From positions 1,312,001-1,376,000 of the forward strand of contig CBDFJG010000004.1 in NCBI GenBank assembly GCA_965248445.1: 64,000 bases of DNA, read 5' to 3'. Below are positions 57,101-64,000 of the stretch, piece after piece. The notes under the pieces are model-generated. The model worked only from the letters and a program-made list of their open reading frames with translations, was not told the DNA's origin and searched no databases. Source of the DNA: Planctomycetota bacterium. Lineage in GTDB: Bacteria; Planctomycetota; JAJSAM01; JAJVHW01. Each line of letters opens with the position of its first letter. The stretch's first letter is position 1. The position numbers and the translations under genes are program-made.

Positions 57101-57183
57101 CTCACGGCACCAAACCCCCCGTCATCCGAACGCACTTCACCGCTGCCTTGCGGGTGTGTCGCGCGCGCGAGCCGCTTCGCCAC
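54154..57183 (-). CDS. Multiheme cytochrome c (10 CxxCH) with C-terminal LVIVD-type repeats
   Basis: CGTCH, CVQCH, CGPCH, CMQCH, CSACH, CTRCH, CVDCH, CTTCH, CYSCH, CIECH; LYVADGAAGVRIFDISKPSKP repeats. Confidence 0.88.
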   Translation of the reverse strand: MAKRLARATHPQGSGEVRSDDGGFGAVRFVVAAALSLALALAVILAVPVVGQDMGGGMGGPAAGGAGSSENGTCGTCHEAIEDMHPFSPVTCVQCHGGDATAGDAEKAHVKPRGRLPTDERVLGRGVDPAYLRFLDPGNLRIVEKSCGPCHADAVHDVHHSLHASTAGHLGDGLYENGVVAKRHPLYSVFPVKDERDASVVRPDSAVLVLKQIPGFRSGRDDRVSTHFSDLPRKACMQCHLWSPGRAMRGRAGMDGDYRGEGCSACHVPYTDDGLSLSRDSTIDHFEPGHPKEHKMVRFADTATCTRCHYGDASIGLSFRGLAQPVPGMPQTPDAPGLHRKRLNGVYYIDDPASTPADVHHQRGMHCVDCHTRDDTMGDGNLYARMEDAIEIQCTTCHGTWAAVATGLTKKGKKLAHLEHEDGQVFLVSRVTGKRHRVKQARNVVRPGSDDFNSHAALAMSDDHKNLECYSCHSGWNPNFFGFHFDRNEAFTQLDMLSGARTQGRVTTQEKVFSTFKHYYLGWNSHGKIAPYMVGFSSMATVHDDKGELVLEQALPVTRAGLSGMTMIHHQTHTTTARARTCIECHRAPSTYGRGTNNFRLARDFAVTGGSQGIRFLSVDRKNPANSALLSVVAVPDVQAIAVHNDRLSGYMQEVFAATAKGELVIIDARSPGFPKSLGRVKKAVEDPQRMMIRAGKLYVADGAAGVRIFDISKPSKPREISHLPDIPAYDLHLETPTLWVASGPKGLAAIDVRDPAAPRVLLASLDMNGSDTATVTATRISILFQYSRPSAEKLEGRRTRARALAAVGTLRRGLWLMDVTEPRRPTVIMRVGAGEIRDVAITTLYELGSEGGAIPTQERDLIVWLAPNRLGVLDVTDSATPRPRGSVAIGGDPRSLTIASMYNQPFLRTFAITAGEGGATLTDLGRPDEVRNLASVPTLRGSFDIGMEEFPLDRTVDASGAPIMDVSHEGARWLSQAEFLRVLGVPVTGLESSSGSDGDPLGGREDKR

Positions 57184-57195
57184 GTCTCCCGACCG

Positions 57196-58404
57196 CTAGG
57201 CGAAGATCGGCTTGATGACGTTGCCGCGGGCCTCGTCAGGGTCCGTTCTGAACAGCTGCGCGATGGTCGGGCATACGTCGAACGAGTTCATCGACTTGGT
57301 GATCGTCTTGCCCGTCTTGAAGTCCGGACCGGCAGCGATGATGAAGACCTTGCGGAGGTCCTCGGAGCCATCGCCGTGGTCCAGGCCGTTGCGCTCGTTC
57401 AGGTTGGCGTCGCGACCGAACTCCGGGAGGATGAAGATCGAGGTCGAGTCCCGGAGCTCCGGGTCGGCCTGCACGGATTGCCAGAGCAGCCCGATCTCCT
57501 GGTCGTTGCGGCGGATCGTGTCGACGTAGGCGTTGTAGCTGCCGTGCGCCACGTCCGCGTTCTGCAGGACGATCGAGATGAGCTTCGGACGGAAGAGACG
57601 CAGCAGGTTGCGCGCGACGCGGATCGACTTGGCGTCGCCCGAACCCGGCCCCGTGATGCGCGACGTGTCGCCACGCAGTTCCTCGAGGATGTAGCGCTGA
57701 ATGCGCAGCGCGGTCTCGGGGTCGTTCTGGAACTTCTTGTCCCGTGCGCCCTCGAGCCACTTCTTGTCGAGTGAGCCCATGAGGCGCTCGACGCGCTTGG
57801 CCTCCTCGTCCGACGGCAGCGATGCGTTGCCGAACTTCCCGATCAGGTCGCGGAACTCGGCGTTGAACAAGCCGTCCGTCGAGATCAGGTTGGCCCCGTA
57901 CTCGGCGCCGTAGTCGGGGTTGTTGCTGTACGCGTAGTTCAGCGTCTGCGCGCCGGCGGTCGTCGAGAGCCACACCTGCTCGGGCGGCAGCTTCGCGTCC
58001 TTGCGGAGGTACTCGAAGATCGTCGGCCGCGGGCCGCGACGGTTCTCGCGGATGCCGCGCGCGTCGGGACAGCCGGTGAAGATCGCGAGCGCCGCGCCGT
58101 AGTGGCCGAGGTTCGCAGCCTTCACGTTCGGGCACACGACGCCCTTCTCGGCGATCGCAGCCATGTTCGGGATGTTCGACATCGTGCCGACGCACTCGCG
58201 GGCGCGGACGCCTCCGGCGAACGCGATCAGGATCACGTGCTTGGTCTTGTAGACCTTCTTCTTGGCGGCGAGCGCTTCGGTGCTCCGGCCGAGAATCGTG
58301 GCACCGGCGAGGGCGCCTGCTCCGGCAACGGCGCCGGCGCGGAGGAAGTCCCTGCGACGCATCGCCTCCAGGCGTTCGCGAAGAATCTGGTCGTTGCGCT
58401 GCAC
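57196..58404 (-). CDS. Tat-exported alkaline-phosphatase-superfamily / DUF1501-like protein
   Basis: RRRDFLRAG Tat motif; KHVILIAFAGG, DVAH, PEFGRD, GLDH; alternative start at 58440. Confidence 0.7.
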   Translation of the reverse strand: MQRNDQILRERLEAMRRRDFLRAGAVAGAGALAGATILGRSTEALAAKKKVYKTKHVILIAFAGGVRARECVGTMSNIPNMAAIAEKGVVCPNVKAANLGHYGAALAIFTGCPDARGIRENRRGPRPTIFEYLRKDAKLPPEQVWLSTTAGAQTLNYAYSNNPDYGAEYGANLISTDGLFNAEFRDLIGKFGNASLPSDEEAKRVERLMGSLDKKWLEGARDKKFQNDPETALRIQRYILEELRGDTSRITGPGSGDAKSIRVARNLLRLFRPKLISIVLQNADVAHGSYNAYVDTIRRNDQEIGLLWQSVQADPELRDSTSIFILPEFGRDANLNERNGLDHGDGSEDLRKVFIIAAGPDFKTGKTITKSMNSFDVCPTIAQLFRTDPDEARGNVIKPIFA

Positions 58405-58593
58405 TGCGCCCCCTTGCGGTGTCCCGATACCCGTGTCCATTCAGTCTATCGGCATCGCGCGGCTGCTGGTAGGGGGGCAGATGTGACCGGAGGGGGGTTT
58501 CGGCCGTCCTTCCACTGGCAGATACAGCCTCGGAGGCCGCTCGGCTCCGGTTCGGGGCCCTCCCAGGCTCGCGTGGGGGTACGCTCCCCGGCC

Positions 58594-59262
58594 ATGGCAA
58601 CGGACAGAAGTGTGGCGGGAGGGGTGCTCTGGGACCTCGATGGGGTCGTGATCGACTCCGAGGAGCTCTACTTCCAGGCCTACGGCCGTGTACTCAGGGA
58701 GTGGGGGATCTCGGTCTCGAGGCCGCTCTACGGCCGGATCTGGGTCGGTGGGGGACGCGGCGCGGAGTGGGCGGTCGAGACCTTCGGGCTCCCCGTGGAC
58801 GCAGACGAGCTCAAGCGCCGTCGGCGGCCGATCTACCAGCAACTGCTCGAGGAACGCATCCGGTTGATGCCGGGGATCGAGGCAGCGCTCGCCCGGCTCG
58901 GGGCCTCGTGGCCCATGGCCGTGGCGACGAACTCGCCCTCGTCGGCCGTGGACTTCGTGATGGAGAAGTTCGAGCTGCGGCATCACTTCCAGGACGTCGT
59001 GACGCGCGAGCGCTACCAGACACCCAAGCCCGCACCGGACGCGTTCCTCGCCGGCGCCGAGGCTCTTGGGCTGCCCCCGTCACGCTGCGTAGTGATCGAG
59101 GACGCCAACAAGGGTGTGCGCGCAGCGCACGCGGCCGGCTGCCGCGTCATCGCCGTTCCGCACACGTTCACGCGGCGGAACGACTTCTCGCTCGCGGACC
59201 GAGTAGTCGATTCCCTCGACGACGTCACGCCGGCGCTCGTGACCGAGCTGCTCGCGTCCTGA
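58594..59262 (+). CDS. HAD-family hydrolase (beta-PGM/CbbY-like)
   Basis: WDLDGVVIDSE, KPAPD, VIEDA. Confidence 0.9.
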   Translation: MATDRSVAGGVLWDLDGVVIDSEELYFQAYGRVLREWGISVSRPLYGRIWVGGGRGAEWAVETFGLPVDADELKRRRRPIYQQLLEERIRLMPGIEAALARLGASWPMAVATNSPSSAVDFVMEKFELRHHFQDVVTRERYQTPKPAPDAFLAGAEALGLPPSRCVVIEDANKGVRAAHAAGCRVIAVPHTFTRRNDFSLADRVVDSLDDVTPALVTELLAS

Positions 59263-59272
59263 CCGATCCCCG

Positions 59273-60016
59273 TCAGGTGCGCGCGACGATGACAGCCCGG
59301 TTAGCGCCGAGATCGAACGGGGCGCCGTGGACGTCGCCGTACCACGAGATCGCGTGGAAGCCGGCGTCGTGCAGCAGATGCGTCAGCTCGCGCACGCTGT
59401 AGACGCGCATCGAACTCGTGCGCGTGTCCTTCTCGCTGCCCCTTGCGAGTGTCCAGTCCACCTCGACGCGCCCGGCGGCGGCGTTCCAGCGGCGCGCCTC
59501 CTCGATCACGAACTCGCCGAGCTCCGCCCGGTCCGACTCCGAGAACTTGGGGAAGAGCGTCTCCGTGACGTGTCCGTCGAGCAGCATCTGCCCGCCCGGC
59601 ACGAGCGCGCGGGCTGCCCCGCGGAACTGCTCGAGGTTCCCGACGTCGTCGAAGTACCCGAAGCTGCCCCAGTAACAGACCACCGCGTCGAACTCGTCGC
59701 TGTACGGCAGGTGCCGCACGTCATGCCGTTCGAAGCGGATGTCCGCTCCGGCCTCCTTGGCGCGGGCGTGGGCGGCGGTCAGCAGCGCCTTCGACAGATC
59801 CGCTCCCGTGACCTCGCAGCCGAGCGCGGCCAGTCCGCGCGCTATGCGTCCCTCGCCGCACGGCGCATCCAGAACGCGAGAACCCTGCGGGAGACCGAGC
59901 ATCTTCGCGATCGCCGCGGAGTGCTCGGGGCCGGCGTCCCCGATCTGGGGGCCGAGCTGCCAGTCGAGCCAGAGGCCCTCGAAGAACGACTCCCACCAGT
60001 GTCCGCCGTCCGTCAT
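59273..60016 (-). CDS. Class I SAM methyltransferase
   Basis: LDAPCGEGRI, WGSFGYFDD. Confidence 0.85.
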   Translation of the reverse strand: MTDGGHWWESFFEGLWLDWQLGPQIGDAGPEHSAAIAKMLGLPQGSRVLDAPCGEGRIARGLAALGCEVTGADLSKALLTAAHARAKEAGADIRFERHDVRHLPYSDEFDAVVCYWGSFGYFDDVGNLEQFRGAARALVPGGQMLLDGHVTETLFPKFSESDRAELGEFVIEEARRWNAAAGRVEVDWTLARGSEKDTRTSSMRVYSVRELTHLLHDAGFHAISWYGDVHGAPFDLGANRAVIVART

Positions 60017-60786
60017 CGAATCCTCCGGGGTCCCGCTCGTTCATCGTGCCACTCCGGCAGCGCCTTCTCCACGATGCTCCGCAACCGCGCGAAGTGTGCA
60101 CCGCGCCAGAAGACCCGGTCGCACGCCGCGCAGTGCCGGAACCGCGTGTACGAGCGCCGCGTGCCGGGGCGCAGGCGGTGCAGCACCTCGCGCTTTTCGA
60201 TGTCGACGACCAGGCCGTTGCAGCGCAGACAGCGAGTGAACGGGTGCGCACGCGTCGCGAGGCCGTGTGCCGCAATCACCTCCCGGAGTTGATCTTCCGG
60301 GTTGGTTGCGCGCACGAACCGGCCGTGCACGACGAGTGAACGCTTGAGCAGGCCGCGGTCGCGGGTCAGCAGGATGCGGTGCTCTTCTGCCGCGACGCTT
60401 GCGAGCTCTGCGTCCTCCGCGTCCTGCCACCATCGCGAGTCGAAGCCGAGAAGGCGCAGATACACCGCCAGCCGGCGCATGTGGGCGTCGAGCACGTACC
60501 GTCGCGGGTCCGGCAGCGGCGGAGACGCGCGGTCGCCCGGCGCCGGGGACGCACCCGTCTCCGGGGAGAGGTCGACATGCGTGCCGTCGGGCACCGGCGC
60601 GGAGAAGTCAGCCGCCGATCCGCTGATCGTGACGTATGCAATCTCGGGGTGCGGGACGCCGAGCGATTCGACCACGTCCTTGACCGATGCGTGCGCCGGG
60701 AACTCGTGTTCGAACGCCACTCCCCGGCGGCCCGCCGGCAGGAAGTCGGCCAACTCCCCGTGGAACCGAAACGTCGCGCGGCGCAT
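60013..60786 (-). CDS. Mut7-C RNase-domain protein with N-terminal ubiquitin-like domain
   Basis: FRFHGELADFL, SVKDVVESLGVPHPE, LRLLGFD, ILLTRDRGL, RCLRCNG, CAAC..FWRGAH. Confidence 0.85.
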   Translation of the reverse strand: MRRATFRFHGELADFLPAGRRGVAFEHEFPAHASVKDVVESLGVPHPEIAYVTISGSAADFSAPVPDGTHVDLSPETGASPAPGDRASPPLPDPRRYVLDAHMRRLAVYLRLLGFDSRWWQDAEDAELASVAAEEHRILLTRDRGLLKRSLVVHGRFVRATNPEDQLREVIAAHGLATRAHPFTRCLRCNGLVVDIEKREVLHRLRPGTRRSYTRFRHCAACDRVFWRGAHFARLRSIVEKALPEWHDERAGPRRIR

Positions 60787-60803
60787 GACCCTACGATGTT
60801 CGC

Positions 60804-61268
60804 ATGAGTGAGCAGTCACTGCAGGATCGGTACGCGGCCCCGATGAAGTGCTTCGGATGCGGCCCCGCGAACGAGAAGGGCCTCCGCATCAAGAGCTTCG
60901 TGCGGGGGGACGAGTGTGTCGCGACGTTCCACGCGGAAGACCACCACCAGGCGTTCCCCGGCATGCTGAACGGCGGCATCGTGGGCACACTGCTCGATTG
61001 CCACCTGAACTGGACCGCGGCGCATCATCTGATGCAGCGGGCCGGGGCGGATCATCCGCCGTGCACGGTCACGGCCGAGTACACCGTCAAGCTGCGACGC
61101 CCGACCCCGATCGAGGAGGAGATGACCGTGCGCGCGCACGTGGTCTCATCGGAGGACGACCGCGCCACGGTCAAGGGGACGCTCGAGGCCGGCGGGAAAG
61201 TCACAGCTACCTGTCGCGGCGTGTTCGTCGCGGTGAAGCCCGGTCACCCCGCGTACCACCGCTGGTAG
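60804..61268 (+). CDS. PaaI-family thioesterase (hotdog fold)
   Basis: CFGCGPANEKGL, GMLNGGIVGTLLDCH, RPTP. Confidence 0.85.
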   Translation: MSEQSLQDRYAAPMKCFGCGPANEKGLRIKSFVRGDECVATFHAEDHHQAFPGMLNGGIVGTLLDCHLNWTAAHHLMQRAGADHPPCTVTAEYTVKLRRPTPIEEEMTVRAHVVSSEDDRATVKGTLEAGGKVTATCRGVFVAVKPGHPAYHRW

Positions 61269-63056
61269 TCACTCGTCGAGGTCGAGGTACGTGCGCACGA
61301 CCTGGCCGTCGTCGTCGACCACGACGATGCGGGGACCCTCGGCGAACGCTGTGCCCACGCCCGGGATGACGGCGCTCGGGGGAATGCGCGTATCGTTGCG
61401 AGCCGGGCGCAGCACGCGCCGGGCGCCGGTGTTCAGGTTGAGCAGTTCAGATCCCGTGTGGCGCGAGCTCTTCCACTTCCTGAGCATGAGCCAGGAACCC
61501 GTGGTCGGGGTCGCCCAGACACCGTCGCTTAACCGCGCTCCTGGCTCCCTTGCGCCGAATGGTCCGAACTGCGGCCGCCCGGTCAGCGCATTCACGATGC
61601 GCACCGTCGCGCCTCCTTCTGGATAGCGCTCGCTGACGACCAGCGAGCGACCTCCGTTCGCCAGGGATACGCGGCAGTTCGCCCCGATCACGGGAAGCTC
61701 GAAGAGGCGCGCTCCCGTGAACAGGTCGTCACGGACGAGGAGGCCGCGTTCTGGCTGATACAGCACATGCCCGCGGCTCGGGGCGAGTGACGCGAAGCCG
61801 TGCGTGGTGAGCGTAGCGAGGTGCTGTCCCGCGACGTGCACGCGGACCTGGAGTGGCCACATCGCCGCTTGTGGCCGCTTCGCCGGCATCGGGTCCCAAT
61901 CGAACGTTGCCCACGGAGCGTTTCGCGCGCGCGCGGCCTTCCTCGCCTCCCTTACCTCGCTCTCTGGAACCAGGCGCACGGTGCGGCCGGTCGTTGCGTC
62001 GATCCGGCGGTAGGCCACGACGCGGCTGTGGTAGTCGAACCAGCGAGAACCTTCGTAGTAGTACCGTTGCCTGAGGGCAAGCTCCGCGACGTTCACGGAG
62101 CCGTCCTCGGCGAACCCCCACACGTCGTTCGTGCGGCCGGGGAGTTCGAGAACGTCGCTCGTGGCTGTATCGACGATCCAGACACGGCGCTGCTCCTGAC
62201 CCGCGCGCGAGACGGTCAGCGCCACGCGGCTTCCGTCCGGAGACGCGGCGATCGACAGGATGCGTGTCTCGGGATCGCCGGGCGAGAGGCTCGTGCGTGC
62301 GTATGCGGCGGTGGCGAACGTGACACTCGCCAGTGCGGCGAACGCCACCAGGCTGGAGGACACGAGCCTCGCGCGCCGGGCGAGGGACGACGCGTGGGCG
62401 GCGCCGCGCGCGAAGACGAGGAGCACGCCGAGTGCGAGTGCGACGCCGAGCACCGCCGCCGCGAGGAACGCGTCCGTGCGCGTGAACGGTTCGAAGCCGA
62501 ACAGGAGGAAGTCGGCCTTCGACCCGCCGTAGGCGGCTCCGCATGCGAGGACGATGCCGGCGAGCGCGGCGCTCAGTCCGCGCGGGAGCAGCATTGACCA
62601 GAAGAACGAACATCCCGCGATCGCGAGGCTGATCAACACAGTCCGTGGAGCGATCTCGAACATCTCTTCGGCGACGGCGAGTGCGCCGTCGGGCACGCCC
62701 ATGAACCCGTGCAGCAACACGGCCGTTGCCGCGATCCAGACGGTGAACGCCGCGATCGCGGACAGCGCGAACAACACCTTCGCCGCCCAGTGCGCGGCGC
62801 CCGGCACAGGGAGCAGCGCGAACGTGCCGGCACGGCGGGAAGTTCGTTCATCGGCGGCGAGATCCGAGCAGACGACGGCAGCGAAGAGCGCGACGACCGC
62901 GGGCACCACGATGCGGCCGGTGAGTTCCGGGTGACGCCACTCTCCGAACACACCCTGGATGACCCAGACGGCGGCCACTGCGAGAACGGCCGTCCCGATC
63001 ACCAACACGCGGGCGTTGCGCCACTCCTTGTCGATCAGGGTCAGAAACGCGCGCAC
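61269..63056 (-). CDS. ABC-2-type permease fused to a C-terminal beta-propeller-like domain
   Basis: LIDKEWR, LLPV....WAAKV, multiple TMs, then SPDGSRVAL. Confidence 0.6.
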   Translation of the reverse strand: MRAFLTLIDKEWRNARVLVIGTAVLAVAAVWVIQGVFGEWRHPELTGRIVVPAVVALFAAVVCSDLAADERTSRRAGTFALLPVPGAAHWAAKVLFALSAIAAFTVWIAATAVLLHGFMGVPDGALAVAEEMFEIAPRTVLISLAIAGCSFFWSMLLPRGLSAALAGIVLACGAAYGGSKADFLLFGFEPFTRTDAFLAAAVLGVALALGVLLVFARGAAHASSLARRARLVSSSLVAFAALASVTFATAAYARTSLSPGDPETRILSIAASPDGSRVALTVSRAGQEQRRVWIVDTATSDVLELPGRTNDVWGFAEDGSVNVAELALRQRYYYEGSRWFDYHSRVVAYRRIDATTGRTVRLVPESEVREARKAARARNAPWATFDWDPMPAKRPQAAMWPLQVRVHVAGQHLATLTTHGFASLAPSRGHVLYQPERGLLVRDDLFTGARLFELPVIGANCRVSLANGGRSLVVSERYPEGGATVRIVNALTGRPQFGPFGAREPGARLSDGVWATPTTGSWLMLRKWKSSRHTGSELLNLNTGARRVLRPARNDTRIPPSAVIPGVGTAFAEGPRIVVVDDDGQVVRTYLDLDE

Positions 63057-63058
63057 GG

Positions 63059-64000
63059 CTACTCCTCGTTCCTCGGCCCGTAAAGCACGCGGTGCTCCCC
63101 GGTCCCGGCGTCGAACAGGAGCAGGCGTCCGCCGGGAGCGACGAGCGCGTAGTCGCCGTCGTGGCGGACCTTGACGAGGTCCCACGGAGCGCCGAGTCGG
63201 TTCGGGTCGGGAGCGAGAGGAGTCCGCGTCCCGTCCCGCAGGTCGATGAGCAGGGTCGGCTGGTCGCGGTGGTACGCCACGACATGGTAAGGAGAGCCGC
63301 CGCCGGGGAACGCTGTTCCGTACGGCGGTTGAACTCTGTGCGCGACGCGTACGTGCTCGAGGTCGATGATCATGCGCCCATCGGGCCGCGTCGCGACGGC
63401 GTAGCGTCCTCCCGGCGAGAGATACACACTGCCGTGTCCCGGGGTCACGTAGGTGATCGTGCCGTCGTCGAACGATCCGACGTAGAGGTCGCCGCCGTTG
63501 CGATTGCTCCGCAGGAGCAGCCGCCCGACCATGCTCTGCGTCGAGATGACCGTCAGGTCGTCAGGCACGAACAGGGATCCCCCGGCGCGGCGATCGGTCC
63601 ACCGGAGTCCACCCTCGACGGTCTCCGACGCGAAGTGATCGTCGCGCTCGAACACCGACTTGCCACTCGACTCCAACTGCTCCACCGAACGTGTGCGGAC
63701 CGTCTCTCCGGTCGCAAGATCGAATTCATGGACGAGCGCGTCCGGGTTCTTGAACCAGCCGCTTTCGACAAACCGTGCGCCGGCGTCGGTCCAGGCGAAG
63801 CCGCTCGAGAGCTCCATGCCCTTAACGGGGAGCGGTGCGATGGCGCCGCTGCGGACGTCGAGGGACCATACGCGGTGGATCGCGTGCGGGTTGTCGGCAC
63901 GGGCGGCAATCAGCAGCAGATGCCGTCCGTCTGGGCTCCAGCGCAGCGGGTAGACGGTCACGCGTGGATCACCGACCTCGACCTGTGCGCGATCGTGCAG
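63059..64000 (-). CDS. Partial CDS running off the window; beta-propeller-like C-terminus similar to the downstream gene
   Basis: Frame open to the window edge; WSPDGRHLL, LSPGGRY. Confidence 0.6.
   Translation of the reverse strand: MHDRAQVEVGDPRVTVYPLRWSPDGRHLLLIAARADNPHAIHRVWSLDVRSGAIAPLPVKGMELSSGFAWTDAGARFVESGWFKNPDALVHEFDLATGETVRTRSVEQLESSGKSVFERDDHFASETVEGGLRWTDRRAGGSLFVPDDLTVISTQSMVGRLLLRSNRNGGDLYVGSFDDGTITYVTPGHGSVYLSPGGRYAVATRPDGRMIIDLEHVRVAHRVQPPYGTAFPGGGSPYHVVAYHRDQPTLLIDLRDGTRTPLAPDPNRLGAPWDLVKVRHDGDYALVAPGGRLLLFDAGTGEHRVLYGPRNEE

Noticed and set aside
1..64000. tRNA, rRNA, IS elements, prophage or defence genes
   Set aside because: None recognised by eye; tRNAscan-SE, Infernal and DefenseFinder would be needed to exclude them formally

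Overview
High-GC bacterial chromosomal window, probably Planctomycetota or a related PVC lineage (inferred from gene content only). It spans the replication origin: dnaA-oriC-dnaN-dciA-gyrB, plus scpA, parB and three parS sites. Much of it is housekeeping (murJ, folBK, fmt, kdsD, tatA, trpG/pabA, pyrF, hemW, a sigma-70 factor, a wcaJ-like transferase). I recognised no rRNA, tRNA, CRISPR array or transposase. Most notable: (1) a soluble histidine kinase whose N-terminus is an apparently intact MglA-type small GTPase (GTPase-GAF-HisKA-HATPase), with no MglB or response regulator beside it; (2) a coupled DUF92 (VTE6-like) / UbiA / phytol-kinase (VTE5-like) operon suggesting prenol salvage and prenyl transfer to an unknown acceptor; (3) an Rdx selenoprotein missed by the ORF track (CxxU plus a SECIS-like hairpin); (4) a bshC-bshB1-bshA bacillithiol cluster with a coupled methyltransferase; (5) a Tat protein / decaheme cytochrome-LVIVD / EF-hand operon; (6) a ~980-aa LptC/LptA-like protein after kdsD. 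Window-wide, there are many leaderless-type TANNNT boxes and recurrent 15-bp tandem duplications. All calls come from motif recognition by eye; no database searches were run.
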